Both the position numbers and the translations under genes were made by a program. A stretch of 52,513 nucleotides of DNA, filler included, from Sphacelaria rigidula (lineage: Eukaryota), in the NCBI GenBank assembly GCA_964200075.2. It is 4 parts of 4 records of this genome, joined end to end, with 100 filler letters (N's around TTAATTAATTAA, not from the genome) between each part and the next. Parts side by side here need not be neighbours in the genome. Positions count along the whole stretch, not along the records: positions 26,310 to 39,362 come from CAXNAA020003198.1; positions 39,463 to 52,513 come from CAXNAA020003199.1; 2 more parts are not named here. One strand, written 5' to 3'. Shown in pieces: positions 31,934 to 44,386 of this stretch (its first letter is position 1; each line of letters starts with the position of its first letter). The notes below the pieces were generated by a model, which made no database searches, was not told the DNA's origin, and was given only the letters and a program-made list of their open reading frames with translations.

Positions 31934-34900
31934 ATGTTCAGAAGCCTTCGATTAGGTCCGCTCGGAACTGTCGACTACAGAGGTACCGACCGAAGAGCCA
32001 GCGGAGACGACCGTAACCCCAGTTGTTTTGAGAGAAGAGTTGCGGCTTCCCAGTTACGTGAATTTTTATTCTGAGTGTGCTTCTCGTTCGTTTTATACGA
32101 AATATGGGGAATACAAGAAGCGGGTGGAGCATGCGAATGTGGGGGGTGCGGTAAGGCCTCAGGTGGTATCCATGGCGCAACTCGTACCTATCCCCCTCCA
32201 ACGCGTTTCTGCAAAGGATTCCACGAGAAGAACACGATAACGCCGCTGTAATTGGCTGCAGCGATCAAGAAGCATGCAGGGCATGCGGCGGGCGCTGAGG
32301 TAGAGCTAACCCAGGCGTCCGCGGCCGTGGCGAAGGCTGTCGCCATGAACCACAAGGGGAAGACCATGCGTGAGAAGGTGGAGCCAATCATCGGAAAGTT
32401 GGAGACATATTTTTGGAAAATCCCAACGTCGAGATGGTTTATCGTTCCTTCGATGGGAAATTCCGTCCAGGGCCCGCTGCGGTGATCACGAAAGCGATGG
32501 TGGAGGGTCTGGCACCGGCGGAATTCAAACAGGCCGTGCTTGTGAAATTACAGCACGGAACCAATTGAAAGTCAGACCCGTACTTAGTTATACATATCGT
32601 GGTGGCTGAGGCTCAGGCATGGCGGAAGATTGAAGTATTCGGGAAATCATCCACTTCGTCGCCGCAGTCTTCGAGCTCGCGTAACCGCGGATCAAAATCC
32701 GCAGGCAGTGCCGCCGCCAATATCACTTGCTTTCAGTGTGGCCAGGTAGGCCATTACGCACACAAGTGCCCAACGCCTTCCGAGGGGGAGCCTGGGCAGA
32801 CGAGTGCCGCGCACACTGGCAATCACAAAGGAGGAAAAGGTAATCGGGGTGGTGGCGGAGGTGGATCCTCCAGCGGTGGAGGTGTGCAGTCGAGTTCCTA
32901 GCAGCAGCAGCAGGGGCAGCGGCGTCAGTAGGGGTCCGGTTTTGGGTCCGGCTTAGCCGCAGGGGCTGCTGCTCCTCAACGGGCGGTGCAGGTGGGACCG
33001 ACCACTCAAGTGTCGGGCTCGGTGCCGGCGCCGCCGGCAGCAAAGCAAGGCGAGACGCCTGCTGCTGAGCCGGCCGGATTTTAGCTGAAATTTGGATCCG
33101 CTGCTGCGTCCGCCGGAGTACCGCTGCAATTTGGTTCTGCGGGTGGGGCTTCGTACCCGCTGGCGGTGCCGGTTACCCCAGCGGGGGCGTCCATGCTTGC
33201 GCCGCACGCGCAGCCGTGGCGCCAAGTGGGGATCACGACCAATCAGTCGGCGGAGCAAGTGCCGGTCGAGGATCAAGAAAATCATATTCCTGCAGAGTTA
33301 TATCTCCCAAATCAACGGGCGCGGGGAGCCATATCGGCCAACGCTGTGTTGGGTTCAGGCGCCCATTTCACGAGCGTGTCGGTGCTGATTGTGGAGATGC
33401 TGGAGCGCCTACTTCCTGGTGAACAAATCCGCATTCCGTTCTCGCGCGGGGCGCGGCAGGCCATCACCGCATCGGGGCAACGTATAAATGTCACGGATAG
33501 TACGATTCTCCTACAGTTGGCGTTCAGGGCTACCTGGGGGCCAGCGAAATTTTCCCCGATATCGTTTGCGATCATGCCGGTGACGGATGGTGTCGTTCTG
33601 TGGGGCTACCGACGCTTCGGGAACTCGGAATCGACCCATATGATCGGCTGTTAGAGTCCCTATAAACGCGAATGTCGTCATCCGGTTCGAGTGCCGAGAC
33701 GCCTGCTTTTTTGGCCAGTCGCAGAGTGAGCTTGTCGGTTGATGCTCTCCAGGAGGCGGGGGGGCAGGTGTCCGAGGAGCGTGATGAGGCGGTGGAACAC
33801 TTAGTAGAGGGTGGCCCGGATATGTTCATGGAGCCGGCGGAAGAGGAGTCCGCTCGGAAGGTCATGCTGGAGGAGAGCGTGACGGATGCTGTGGCGAAAG
33901 GTCTCAGCGTCTCAAAAGCGGAGCGCCTGCGCGGCATATTGCATTGCCGCGTCAACGCGTCTCGTCGTGCGCTGCGGCGTGATCCCCCTGCGCGCGTGGA
34001 ACCCATGAGGGTTACACTGAAGCCAGGGGCGGCCGCGGTGAAGGCAAAACCGAGGAGGTATGATCCGGTAAAGTCCAGTTGGTTAGCTTCTTGCATGGGA
34101 GCTCTTGTGGCGTTTGGATTGGTGTTCAGGAATCTACAGGCGGAGTGGTCCAGTCCAGCGATGGCGGTGCCGAAGAAGGACTCTTTCCGTCTTGTCAGCG
34201 ATTACGGAGCCGTCAATGATCAGGTGGAGAAGTCGCCGGGTGTCATGCCCAATCAGGAATCCGACATGGTAGACTTGTTACTTGCGCCATGCTTCGGTAA
34301 GTTGGACCTCCTACAAGGTACTGACAGATGCCCTTGGCGGAAGAGGCGCAAGAGATATTCACCATCACGGCTCCGTTTGGCATGTTTACCCCGCAGTGAA
34401 TACCGCCAGGCGTGTTGAATGCTACTTCCTATTTTCAAGGTGTCATGGTAGACCGGTTAGATGACTTGAAATGCAAGATTTGGGTGGATGATGTCTTTTT
34501 CTTCGCGGATACGGAAGACGAACTGTTGGATACGCTTGATGCAATCTTGGTTCGCTTAGAGAGTGCCGGTCTGTTTGCAGCTGCCCACAAGTGCACCTTT
34601 TTTGCTATAGTGTGGTGTGGGAAAGTATATTCACACGGCCGCGTCTCGCATGACCCGGTCCGCTTGCAAGGTTTATCTGACATGCGGCGTCCAGAAACAG
34701 CAGCGGAACTCATGCAATTCCTGCACGCAATGGACTGGTTGCGTACCTCGTTGCCACGTATGGCCGAAGTAGTGGCGTCCTTGCGCGTTTTCCTAGAAGA
34801 ACTCATGGTGGAGGCTGCAAGGCGCACGAAGCGAGTGGCCGAAAACCGCGTTATTCCGCCCGCATCGTGGACGGAGGACAGGCTGCAAGCATGGGCAGAA

Positions 34901-36998
34901 GCGAAGGGTCTGGTGGCTCATGCCGTGACGCTGTTCCATCCTCGCCCTGGTTGCCAGGTGCTGATGTTTCCGGATGCATCCGAGGGTCATTGGGGTAGTT
35001 TTGTAACGCAGGTGCCTGATGCAGAAATGCAACAACGGTTGCCGGTTGAAGACATGACGCATGGGCCGCTGGCGTTTCTTTGTGGTAATTTCAAGGGTTC
35101 ACAGATGCGTTGGGCAACCATTGACAAAGAAGGTTTTGCTATCGTGAGCACTTTTCGTCGTGTCGAGCATCTATTGTGGAATGGCGTGCACATTTTCACG
35201 GATCATCGCAATCTAACGTCCATTTTCAACCCGAAGGCATGCGTGACGTCTGTGTCGAAGGCGTTGGCACAGCGATCGGAGGGTTAGAAAGGTGTATTAG
35301 GCCAGTATCGGTACACGATTTGTCATATTTCGGGTGGACGTAACGCGTGGGGTGACTTGCTGTTGCGCTGAGTAAATATTCCCACTTTGCCTGCGCGCGC
35401 TGTGGCTGTGTGTGGTCCGTGTGAACCTGATGACTCGATGCCGTCCACATCTGTTGTCCGCCAAGCGCAACGAAAAGACCTTGGGGCCGAATATGCGGAT
35501 GTACAATCTTTCGAGTCGGACGTTGGTACTGCTGTCTTGGACAATGAATGTCTGTTTCGTGTGCATGTGCGTGGCCGAAATGTTTTGTGCAGTCCGAGTT
35601 ATTACAAGCAGCTGCAGGTACGTGATGATGTGTGCGCACATGCGCGACGCCGGGCATCGTGGCGTGGCTACGACACTCGTGCGCTTGCAAGAGTTTTGTG
35701 TCTGGCAGGGGATAAAAACTCATGTGCGCAAATTTGTCCGCCAGTGTCTTCACTGTGCTGCCTCGAGTACTGGCGATGTTGTTCCCCGCCCGCTCGGTGA
35801 AACGTCCATGGGACCACGCGGAATGAAGTCGTTCATTTTGGCTTCTTGTACGTGGGAGAGAGTGGCCCGGTAGCTTCCCAAGGTTTGTCGGAGGATGCTG
35901 GGTTTCGATGTATTTTGGTAATCGTGGATGATTTGAGCAACTTTGTGGCTCTGGAACCAGTAGCAGTGTGTACTGCTGAATCGGCTGCTGCATCATTGCT
36001 GAATTGGTGCAAAACTTTGGGGGTGCTCCGTGTGTGGGTGAGTGATACCACCACGCATTTCAAGAATGCGATCTTGGCCCGATTGCGAGAGGCTTTGCGC
36101 GTTGATCACCAGTTTGCGGTGGCGCATTCTCCGTGGTCTAACGGCACGTGCGAACGCATGGTCAGGGAAGTAGTTCGTGCTCTTCGCTCTATTCTTCTCG
36201 AGCAGCGTCGAGAGGTTTCCGAGTGGGTGGACGTGGTGCCCGCTGTGCAATGGGCGCTCAATACAGCATATTATCGCTCGCCGTCCGTACGATAATACGC
36301 CGTATCACGTGATGTTTGGTCGTGCCCGTCGGACGTCTTTCTAGGTGTTGGCGTTCTCATCGGCGGGGGGGTGGAACTGTAATGTCTTAGACGATGCGCA
36401 ACTGAATCGTGCGTTGCAAGGAGTTTTGGAGTTGCAGGAAAGTTTCCACGTTCAAGAGCAGGAGCGTGTTGCCGCTGACCGTGCGCGTAGACGTGAGGGG
36501 TCTTTGTCGGGGCTGGACTTGTCGAATCTTGAGGTAGGCGATTGTGTTTTGTATGCACGCGTGCGTCGTCCGGGAGTTACGCCTAAATTGGTGGCGATGT
36601 GGACTGGTCCGTGGAGAGTGGTTGGTGCTCATCACCCGCATTTGTTTGAGATCCAAAACATTGTTTCGGGTCGTGTTCCGACCGCCCATGTAGCTCGTCT
36701 GCATTTTTATGCAGACTCACAGCTTAATGTCACGGCAGACGTGAAGGATGTGTTTCAGGATGCTCTCAACCAGGGTTAATTTCAGATGGCTGGGATTGTT
36801 CGCGTGACAGAGGCAGAGGATCGTTCGTTGATCGTGTTGGTCGACTGGGTTGGTTTTGAAGTCGAGGAGCGTACGTGGGAGCCTTTCAAGGATAGTTTTG
36901 AGGCCGCTCCGGAATTTCTCAAAAAGAAGTTGCGTAAGGTGCGAGTGACTCGTTCCATTGCTGCTCGCATTACGCGTGAGTTTGGTATTCAGTTGTGA
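31934..36998 (+). pseudogene. Disrupted gag-pol polyprotein (start approximate)
   Basis: Zn knuckle CFQCGQVGHYAHKC 32728-32769; protease site VLGSGA (D lost); RT PKKDSFRLVSDY, KLDLLQG, WVDD 34481-34492; RNase H FPDASEGHWG, FTDHRNL; IN H..GH..CLHC, IVDDLS, VSD, SNGTCERM; chromodomain LVDWVGFEVEERTWEP within 36786-36998. Confidence 0.92.
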
Positions 36999-37077
36999 CG
37001 TGCTCAATCGTTCTGATGTTATTTTTTTGAGTGTCAAGCTTGTTGCTCGATTCTCGTCCAACGCGCTTTGGGGGTGC

Positions 37078-37336
37078 TGTGATGAAATCACACCGTCACG
37101 TTGAGTATATATAGTGATATTATGGATGATGACTTGGGATCTGTAGTGATGATATGGATGATGACATGGACACGGGGGTGATACCCTGATGTGGGTTATG
37201 GAGCCGCCTAGGTGGCACTCCAGGATAATAAAAGGTGTTGTGAAGGCTAACAACTGAAACCTGAGGCCAGTGGAACTGGGGAATCCCTCAACAGCATTAT
37301 TAGACGCTGCAGTACTAGTAACCTGCTGGCGTCACA
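37078..37336 (+). repeat. 3' LTR (259 bp), preceded by a short G-run (PPT-like)
   Basis: TGTGATG...CGTCACA; TTGGGGGTGC immediately upstream. Confidence 0.93.
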
Positions 37337-37702
37337 GACTTCACAGTCGACGAGGGAAAGGGACCGATGAACCCTTTCGCGATAAAGAACAATGCAAGCA
37401 CAGCAGAAGGAACGTGGAGTACTAAAACGAGATTAAAAAGAAAAACCTCCAATGCTGTCCTTCCTCCTGTGTGACCACAGCTGATGCGCCCACATATACC
37501 GAAAGGTGTAGACTGGCGTCCAGAATAGATGGGATGACAACACACATAGCACCCCCCTCCTCCCCCGCTCCGTTATCAAGAGACGGCGAGTGTCATATCA
37601 CTGCTGACACCCCCCGGTGCACCAACGGCTACAACTGAATTCAGGTAGGCCGAATAAGATCGGTGTCATGAATCACGGCAAACGTAATGTCATTTTTTTT
37701 TA

Positions 37703-38166
37703 ATATCTGATCGCTCTCAACACGGGATTTTACAAATTGGGGATGGATTTGTTTTTTCGGGATGAAAAACCGGAGAAATAAAAACTTCGTGTCCACACCA
37801 GATTTTCGAAGTATGCTTCCATTTCACTTCTGGTAACTATTGACAACTACAAAACGCCATAAAAAATTGGATTTCGATAACCGAAATATCGGGGTCCTAT
37901 GTGAAAAACCAATTTTGGCGTCCGATCGGATACCTAAAATCCCCAAAATTGGTTTTACCTAGGACCCCGACATTTCTGTTATCGAAATCCAAATTTGTAT
38001 GGCGTGTAGTAGTTGTCAATAGCTACCAGCAAGCGAAGAAATGAAAGCATACTTCGAAGATTTGGTGTGGATACGAAGCTTTTAATCATCCGGGTTCTCA
38101 TCCCCAATAAATGATCCATCCCCAATTTGAAAAATCCCGCGTTTCTCGTTGAAAACGAAAGGATAT
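37703..38166. mobile_element. Foldback element / long-TIR MITE with ~200-bp inverted arms and ~24-nt spacer
   Basis: 37723-37918 is the diverged reverse complement of 37943-38139 (e.g. TTGGATTTCGATAAC / GTTATCGAAATCCAA, TTCGAAGTATGCTT / AAGCATACTTCGAA). Confidence 0.85.
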
Positions 38167-38474
38167 CAGTAGCAAAAGAGAAACGTATGGTGAGAGTCAA
38201 CGCGGAGCGGGAGCGCTGATCCACTACCCGATATCATAAGGTAAGGAGGCGTATACCGGGGAGGGGGAGGGGAGTTGATCCCTTGAGACTACGGACGCGT
38301 CCTCAGATGGGGGAAGTGGGGGGTTGAAAATATGACGAAAAACCCAGAAGTTGACAACATATAATACCCCCTGTCGAAAAAATGTGGCCCGCTACTTCAC
38401 GGCACATGGGAAACACCTCAAATGTTTGGTCACAGGTATAGAGATGATGTCGAAAAGCAGTATTATTTGCGCTA

Positions 38475-38592
38475 CCTTTCAATCTTCCATCGCGCGCCAT
38501 GGTCTCATGACTATGGCATGCATGATCATGAGTACACCCTGTATTTTCCGTGGAGACTGGATCAATTCTGCGCGCGATGGAAGATTAAAAAG
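38475..38592. mobile_element. 118-bp MITE flanked by TA (Tc1/mariner-like)
   Basis: TA|CCTTTCAATCTTCCATCGCGCGC ... GCGCGCGATGGAAGATTAAAAAG|TA. Confidence 0.65.
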
Positions 38593-38757
38593 TAACTCAC
38601 GGCGGATATGAATCTCATCGACCGACCTTCGTTCGTTTATTTATATTCATTTTTGGGAACACCACAAGTTTGCGCACTTAAATTCTTCGCAGTCTCTTAG
38701 TCCAGTGATATATTACTTTCCGCGCTTACCTACCAACCACTCAAAGTACCAAAGGAT

Positions 38758-38943
38758 TTGAAGGTACTCAGGGGTAGGGTAGCGTGTTTCAGGATACCGT
38801 GAGTCCTCAACGTAAGAATTTGCTGTGCCGCGTACTCATGGTACCTGTGTCATCGAATATAGAAGATAGTCATATTCCAGGGTGCCTCGAGAATCGACGA
38901 AAAAAAAACCCGTACCCTGCCCTACTACCCTAAGCACTTTTTG
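38758..38943. mobile_element. Possible degenerate MITE flanked by AAAGGAT direct repeats
   Basis: Weak TIR (AAGGTACTCAGGGGTAGGG / rc AAAGTGCTTAGGGTAGTAGGG); AAAGGAT at 38751 and 38944. Confidence 0.4.
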
Positions 38944-39362
38944 AAAGGATCTACGCGGTGATTACCGACGTTGAAATAACTGCCCCGCTCACGAGACCTA
39001 CGGGAGACATAAACTCCGCACCACAGGTCGTCGGCAGGGCCACGCAGTACTTACTGAACAGTGCAGGTGACCACCAAAAATCTTTTCCAACATAGCAAAT
39101 GATGATGCGATGATGACCGGCTGACAGAATGATGCTCAAAACAGGTCAGCTTGCAGTATCGCACGAAACAGGCGTTCACCCTCTCTCGTGCGGTAGGTAT
39201 GCTTTCGCAGTCATGTCCAAGATATATCCACCATGTCCTTCGTCTGAAATTCGCACTCGCGCGAGAGCCGACGATCCAACGTCCACGAATGGATTTGTAC
39301 CATCGCTCCCCCCCCCCCCCCCCCCCCCCGCGGGATTTGGGAGCTGGTGTATTTTGGGCGGG

Positions 39363-39462
39363 NNNNNNNNNNNNNNNNNNNNNNNNNNNNNNNNNNNNNN
39401 NNNNNNTTAATTAATTAANNNNNNNNNNNNNNNNNNNNNNNNNNNNNNNNNNNNNNNNNNNN
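39363..39462. other. Artificial contig linker N44-TTAATTAATTAA-N44
   Basis: Identical to the other two spacers. Confidence 0.98.
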
Positions 39463-42400
39463 AAGCTCGTGATGCTGTGAGCGATCACAATTCTGACGGC
39501 GATCTGTCGTACACGTGGGTATTTGGTATGTGTGTTGCGCTGATCTGGTTGGCACGGACGATGCATGGTGTTTGCTGCGAGGAAGGTGGCATTGCATGTG
39601 CTGAAATATTGGCATGCATGTGCGAATTTTATATGCTGAGTGGAAATTTGGCAGGCATGTGCGAATTTTTGCTCGAATGGTATGGATGGTATCTGGTGAC
39701 GACCTAGGGTAGGGCAGTTTTCAATATACTGCTGTACGCTCAATGAAGTGAACCTCGTATGATCTTACTCGCGTAGGAACACAGTCGAATCATATTTGTG
39801 CGGTTTGTACGTACTGACTGCAGGATATATGGATCGCTGCTGTTAGCGTGAAAATGAGCAATAAACTACGAAATACGTAGGCTCGCACTGACTGTAGGAG
39901 ACGGTGACACCTGCTGTTAGCGTGAAAATGGCCTGAAAGGTATGAAATGCGTAGGCTTGTCGTATGTGAGCAGGTATGACGCGAGTGCTTCCGGTGGTTG
40001 AAGATATAGACATTATGGATGCATCAATGTTGTCGTATGGATTGTCACGTGTTTGAACGAGCACGTGGTAGGTTTTTTGTTCATGTCAGAAGGAGCATGT
40101 GGATGATGCGTCCATGAGTTCGAAAACGAAATCACGAGGGGTGATCAATGATGGCGGGGGTCGAGGTCAGTTCGCCGTCGTTGGATTAGTATGCATGACT
40201 TGAAAAGCGGTTTGAGTCATGGCTTTCCTTTGATTGTCTCAATGAAACAATGGCAAGTTGAAGCATTGAAGCTTTGACGGCGGGGAGGCATGCGATGAAT
40301 ACGTTGTTTACGGTGTTGCAGAAGCAAGAGCCCAGGTGCGTTTTAGACGCGTTGGGTGCCTATTTCCTTCTAGCGTGAGGATGATGTATTATTTGGCTGT
40401 TGCCCTCCGTTGCGTAGGTGTTGAACGTACAAAAAGTGTATTTTGTATGTTGAGAAGTACCTTGTCTCAGATGAGAGAGACGATGAGTTACGAATGCTCT
40501 GGAATTTGACGTCCGCTGACATTTCCGGCTTCGTGCCGATGAAGAGTCAAGAGACTTGTTTTGGGCAAAGATTTGAGAATTCAGCGCTAGCTCTTGCTTT
40601 GTAACTCGAAGTGGTGCAAGTACGTCATTGCATGTTCATGATGGACGATATTTTCTTGGAATCTCTTGCGAGTTGTTTGGAAGTGGGGCAAGCTTGTGTG
40701 GAACTGTTGTCGAAAGCAGCGGAAGAGATTGGTATTCTTTGCGGGAAACGACGGTACTATCAGGCACCAATGATGTCTGAGCTTGTCAAGCTCTGATGTA
40801 ACTACTTGTTGGTAGTAGAGAGCTTTGGGGGTGCTGTAGACCTCGCCACCATTGTTACCTAAGGTCAGAGACATTGAAGGTGGAGTTGCGGGTCTGATTG
40901 CCGGATACTGTGATGGTGATCTTCATGACGAGTAGAGCCGGTTTTGCTACTCTGGTGGAGAGAGGCTATGGTCCTGTTATCCTGTATATGCTAAGGGTAA
41001 ATATATGAATAACTAAATATGCTGAAGTCCATGTGCCCGTGATGGGAGGAGTCCACATGGCAATCTGATCTTGAGTGACAGAAGTCTACAGTCCTCTCGG
41101 CGCGCAGAGGGTACAGACACGTGTGCGCGACGTCACGTGAAGTTTCCGTGTGTTGTTTCAAGCTTAACATCTCGTGTGACCGAATAGATCACAGTGCATC
41201 ACTGTTCAGAATGTCCAAGTGCCACTACATATACTACAGCAACCACGATCGAGTGAGGGTACGGGCTGGGGCGAGCAGCTACCACAATATCATCGAGAAC
41301 AGATCCAGCGAACTCAACGAACACCACCACAGTTACAACATCATCATCATCCAGAAAGGACTTAGCGAGCTTCACTAACGCCATGAATCAATGTTTGCTG
41401 TTAAAGAGCTTCGGATTTGTTTTCCCCATCTTCGCGTCAGGGCGGAAGGAATAATAGCCGGTAACGGCGCACATTTCTCCCTGATATGTTTCAAAGCCAT
41501 TTTTTCAGAGTCAGAGTGCCGTCTGCACATCTTCACTCTGACAACCGCTGTGACTCTTCAGAGTTCATCGCGGGGCGAAAAAGAACCACGCCCACCTTCA
41601 CCACCATGGCCACGGCCAGTCCAAAATCAATGCGGCCTAACAAGCAAAGTGGGACATCCATCATCCATAACAAATACCATGCTCATCACAATGGGCCATT
41701 CACGAAGTAGAAAAGTTTGACACCGCAATCAAAAGACCTCCCTGACGCCGCCATGGTATCAGCATTCGCTTGGTTGTGTTGCGTGGAAATTCAAATGATC
41801 GGCGGGTACACGACGTTACCTCGAGTGCAGTTCCTCATCCTTGCCAGCTTCAGCTCGGAGAAGACGGTGTGAACGATTCGTAGTCCAAACAAGTAGTACT
41901 GCACCTTGCTGAATTTCCATTCCACTAGAGATCATGACGTATTGTACCACCGTTATGGGTGACATATTGAAAAATCATAGCAATGCGACCTTGACTGTTG
42001 TTTTTTAAAGTGATGCGTGCTGTACTGTACTACTGTACACATGACTGTCCGTACGGTGTCGCTGTAGTTCACCGTATCGCAATCGGCTACTGTAGGGTTC
42101 TGCATTGCATTCTCTGTACTTCCCCGTCTGCACTCCACACTGCACAGCACCTCAGCACTACAGTACCCATTAGTTCACCGTAGTGGATTGGAGTACTGCA
42201 GGTGCAGTGAAGCGTAGTGTACGGTACGTATGTATGGTGCCGCAGGGTATGATACAGTCAGTGGGGTGCCCGCCTATGCACTTTCGAAAGTCTTTCGAGC
42301 TGGACGCTGGTCGATCGTACCTTTGGCGGAGCAACCTGCGGTCAATCACTGCAACAACAAAACATCAGGTCAAGCCACGTCACATCAGCTTCCGCTGTGA

Positions 42401-44099
42401 AACTTTTAGCGTCCACTATGAAGTTTCAAAGCTTCCACTCTGCACTCTGATTCTATGATGAGAAAGAGCATCTTCCGAGAATCTCTACTGAATACTTGAC
42501 TGGTAGCGCAGTGAACCACGGTATGTATGTATTGATTGATTGGTTGTCGCACTCTAACTGACCCCCCCAGGGGTCCAGCCATGGTCTCATGATAGACGTA
42601 CCCAAGAAAAACGAAACTCAAACGCGCTCTGAGAAAAGAAAAGGAACAGAAAAAAAAGAAAGAGGGATCGAACAGAACGACATAGCAGACTAAGTCGTGA
42701 CACGGATACCCTTTTTTGTTTTGTTTTACTGTTTGCAAGTACCAAGACTTCTCCCGAAAAAATATTTGAGGTGGGATTGCCGGTACACCATAGCGCATGG
42801 TTGGCAGGCACGTCGCAATTGATGTGTGAGGTTTCGTTACCGATATCACTACATGAGTCTGTATGCAGGACTTTGCTTTAATTTCAAATTGTGCAGCGTG
42901 AGTAACGTACCGCACATGGGTGGATTCGTTAACCAACCTATGCACAAAATATTGTTTTTGATTGCACACTAACGCAATATGTTTGGAGTCGAGTGTCAAC
43001 CAGCTATCACAGCCGCACTCATGTACGTTGGGGCAGAAACATAATAAAACAGCGACACAACAGTAAATTGTGTGTTATGTTCTCACTTTATTTGATCTTT
43101 TGCATAAATAAATGTTGCTGCTAAGCATGATTGTGGGTAAACAGGTGTAAGATCCCTGCGCATAGGATTGTCGTACATTGTAGGACACACAGTAAACCAC
43201 CCGTGTCGCGTAACATGTACAAACTAGGTCAGCTTAAGCCTTTTGGAACCCACTGACGATTCTTGTTTTTGTGGATCGGCATCATTTTGACTTGAAGATG
43301 ACTGAAAATGAGGCCGATTTACGAATACAGAAATCGTCAATGGGTTCCAAAAGGGTTAAAAGCGACCAAACGTTGTCCATACTACGGCTTTCCCAGTTTT
43401 CCGGATGAACCCGACGTAAGCATATCACTGTGAAGTGCATACCAACCTGGTGACACAAGGCACCGCGCTGAAAGAAAAACAAAATGGGAAAAAATGTACT
43501 GCATCATATATAACCTTGACGACGGACGAAAAAAACAAAAGACATTATATATGTCGGGATTCCAACTCATGACCTCCATGATTGGAGTCTCCCATCACGT
43601 GAATTATAGGGGTGCAGTAGCGTCACGCAAAACGTTGCACGCACGACCCAATTCGACGACTCTTGAGCTGAAATTTCACGAAGACCTTCTGCACCCAAGG
43701 AAACGATACATCGCGGGAGCAGCTACAGATTCTCGTGTTTTTCCTGCACTTGTTATATTATCTTGTGTTTGCTGAAATTTTGAATCCCCATAACTTCCTT
43801 TTTTTCGTTTCTGCTCTCGTCATAATCTGCATATCGATCATCATAAGCTGTTATCACAATTTGAGCGTCCAGCTCCTACTTTTACGCTGCGCGTCGCCCA
43901 AGCGAGAAAACTACCCACTGCTGGCTGGTCCAGCTCGCACATGACTCCTTCTTGTCTTGATTGTGTTACTGAGAGCATATGATGCTATCCAAGTAGCGCA
44001 TACACACACGTTGCACGACGTCGAGCACCCGTTGCGCTTGTATGTGGCTGGAACCATCGTCGGCGGTGTGAAACAACACCTCATGTTGATACCATTCGA

Positions 44100-44365
44100 A
44101 GTCAGATGCTGCGGGAGGCGTGCATGAATATTGTTTCGAGGCCAGAATGATTAGGATCCCTTTATCCCATCCAAAACACGACTCGTGAAATACGCGAGAG
44201 TACGCCAGGATTTCTATTCCAATGTGCACAGGTATCCTGAATGTATTTGCAAACGGGGATGCCCTGACCCATAGTCTTGTGCATCTAGAATCGTCAGGAG
44301 CCCCTGAATCAGACAAGATTTTGCACAAAAAGTGCACCCCTCGCATCGCATTACTCCGGAGTTGT
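44100..44365 (+). repeat. Dispersed ~270-bp repeat, homologous to 28920-29190 (-)
   Basis: See 28920-29190. Confidence 0.85.
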
Positions 44366-44386
44366 GATGAAATTTGGCGCTTGTAG

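Larger units (their letters stand above)
31417..37336 (+). mobile_element. Full-length but decayed Ty3/Gypsy LTR retrotransposon with chromodomain integrase (chromovirus-like)
   Basis: Two LTRs (TGTGA...TCACA); internal order gag-PR-RT-RNaseH-IN-chromodomain; many frameshifts and stops. Confidence 0.95.

Noticed and set aside
37447..39122. Two candidate minus-strand exons (~39057-39122 and ~37447-37512) that could join in frame
   Set aside because: No recognisable protein motif and a weak second donor; cannot be supported without transcripts
39463..41030. Strand-skewed region with faint Penelope/RT-like peptide hints on the minus strand
   Set aside because: Too degenerate; no intact catalytic motif readable by eye; needs TBLASTN/HMM
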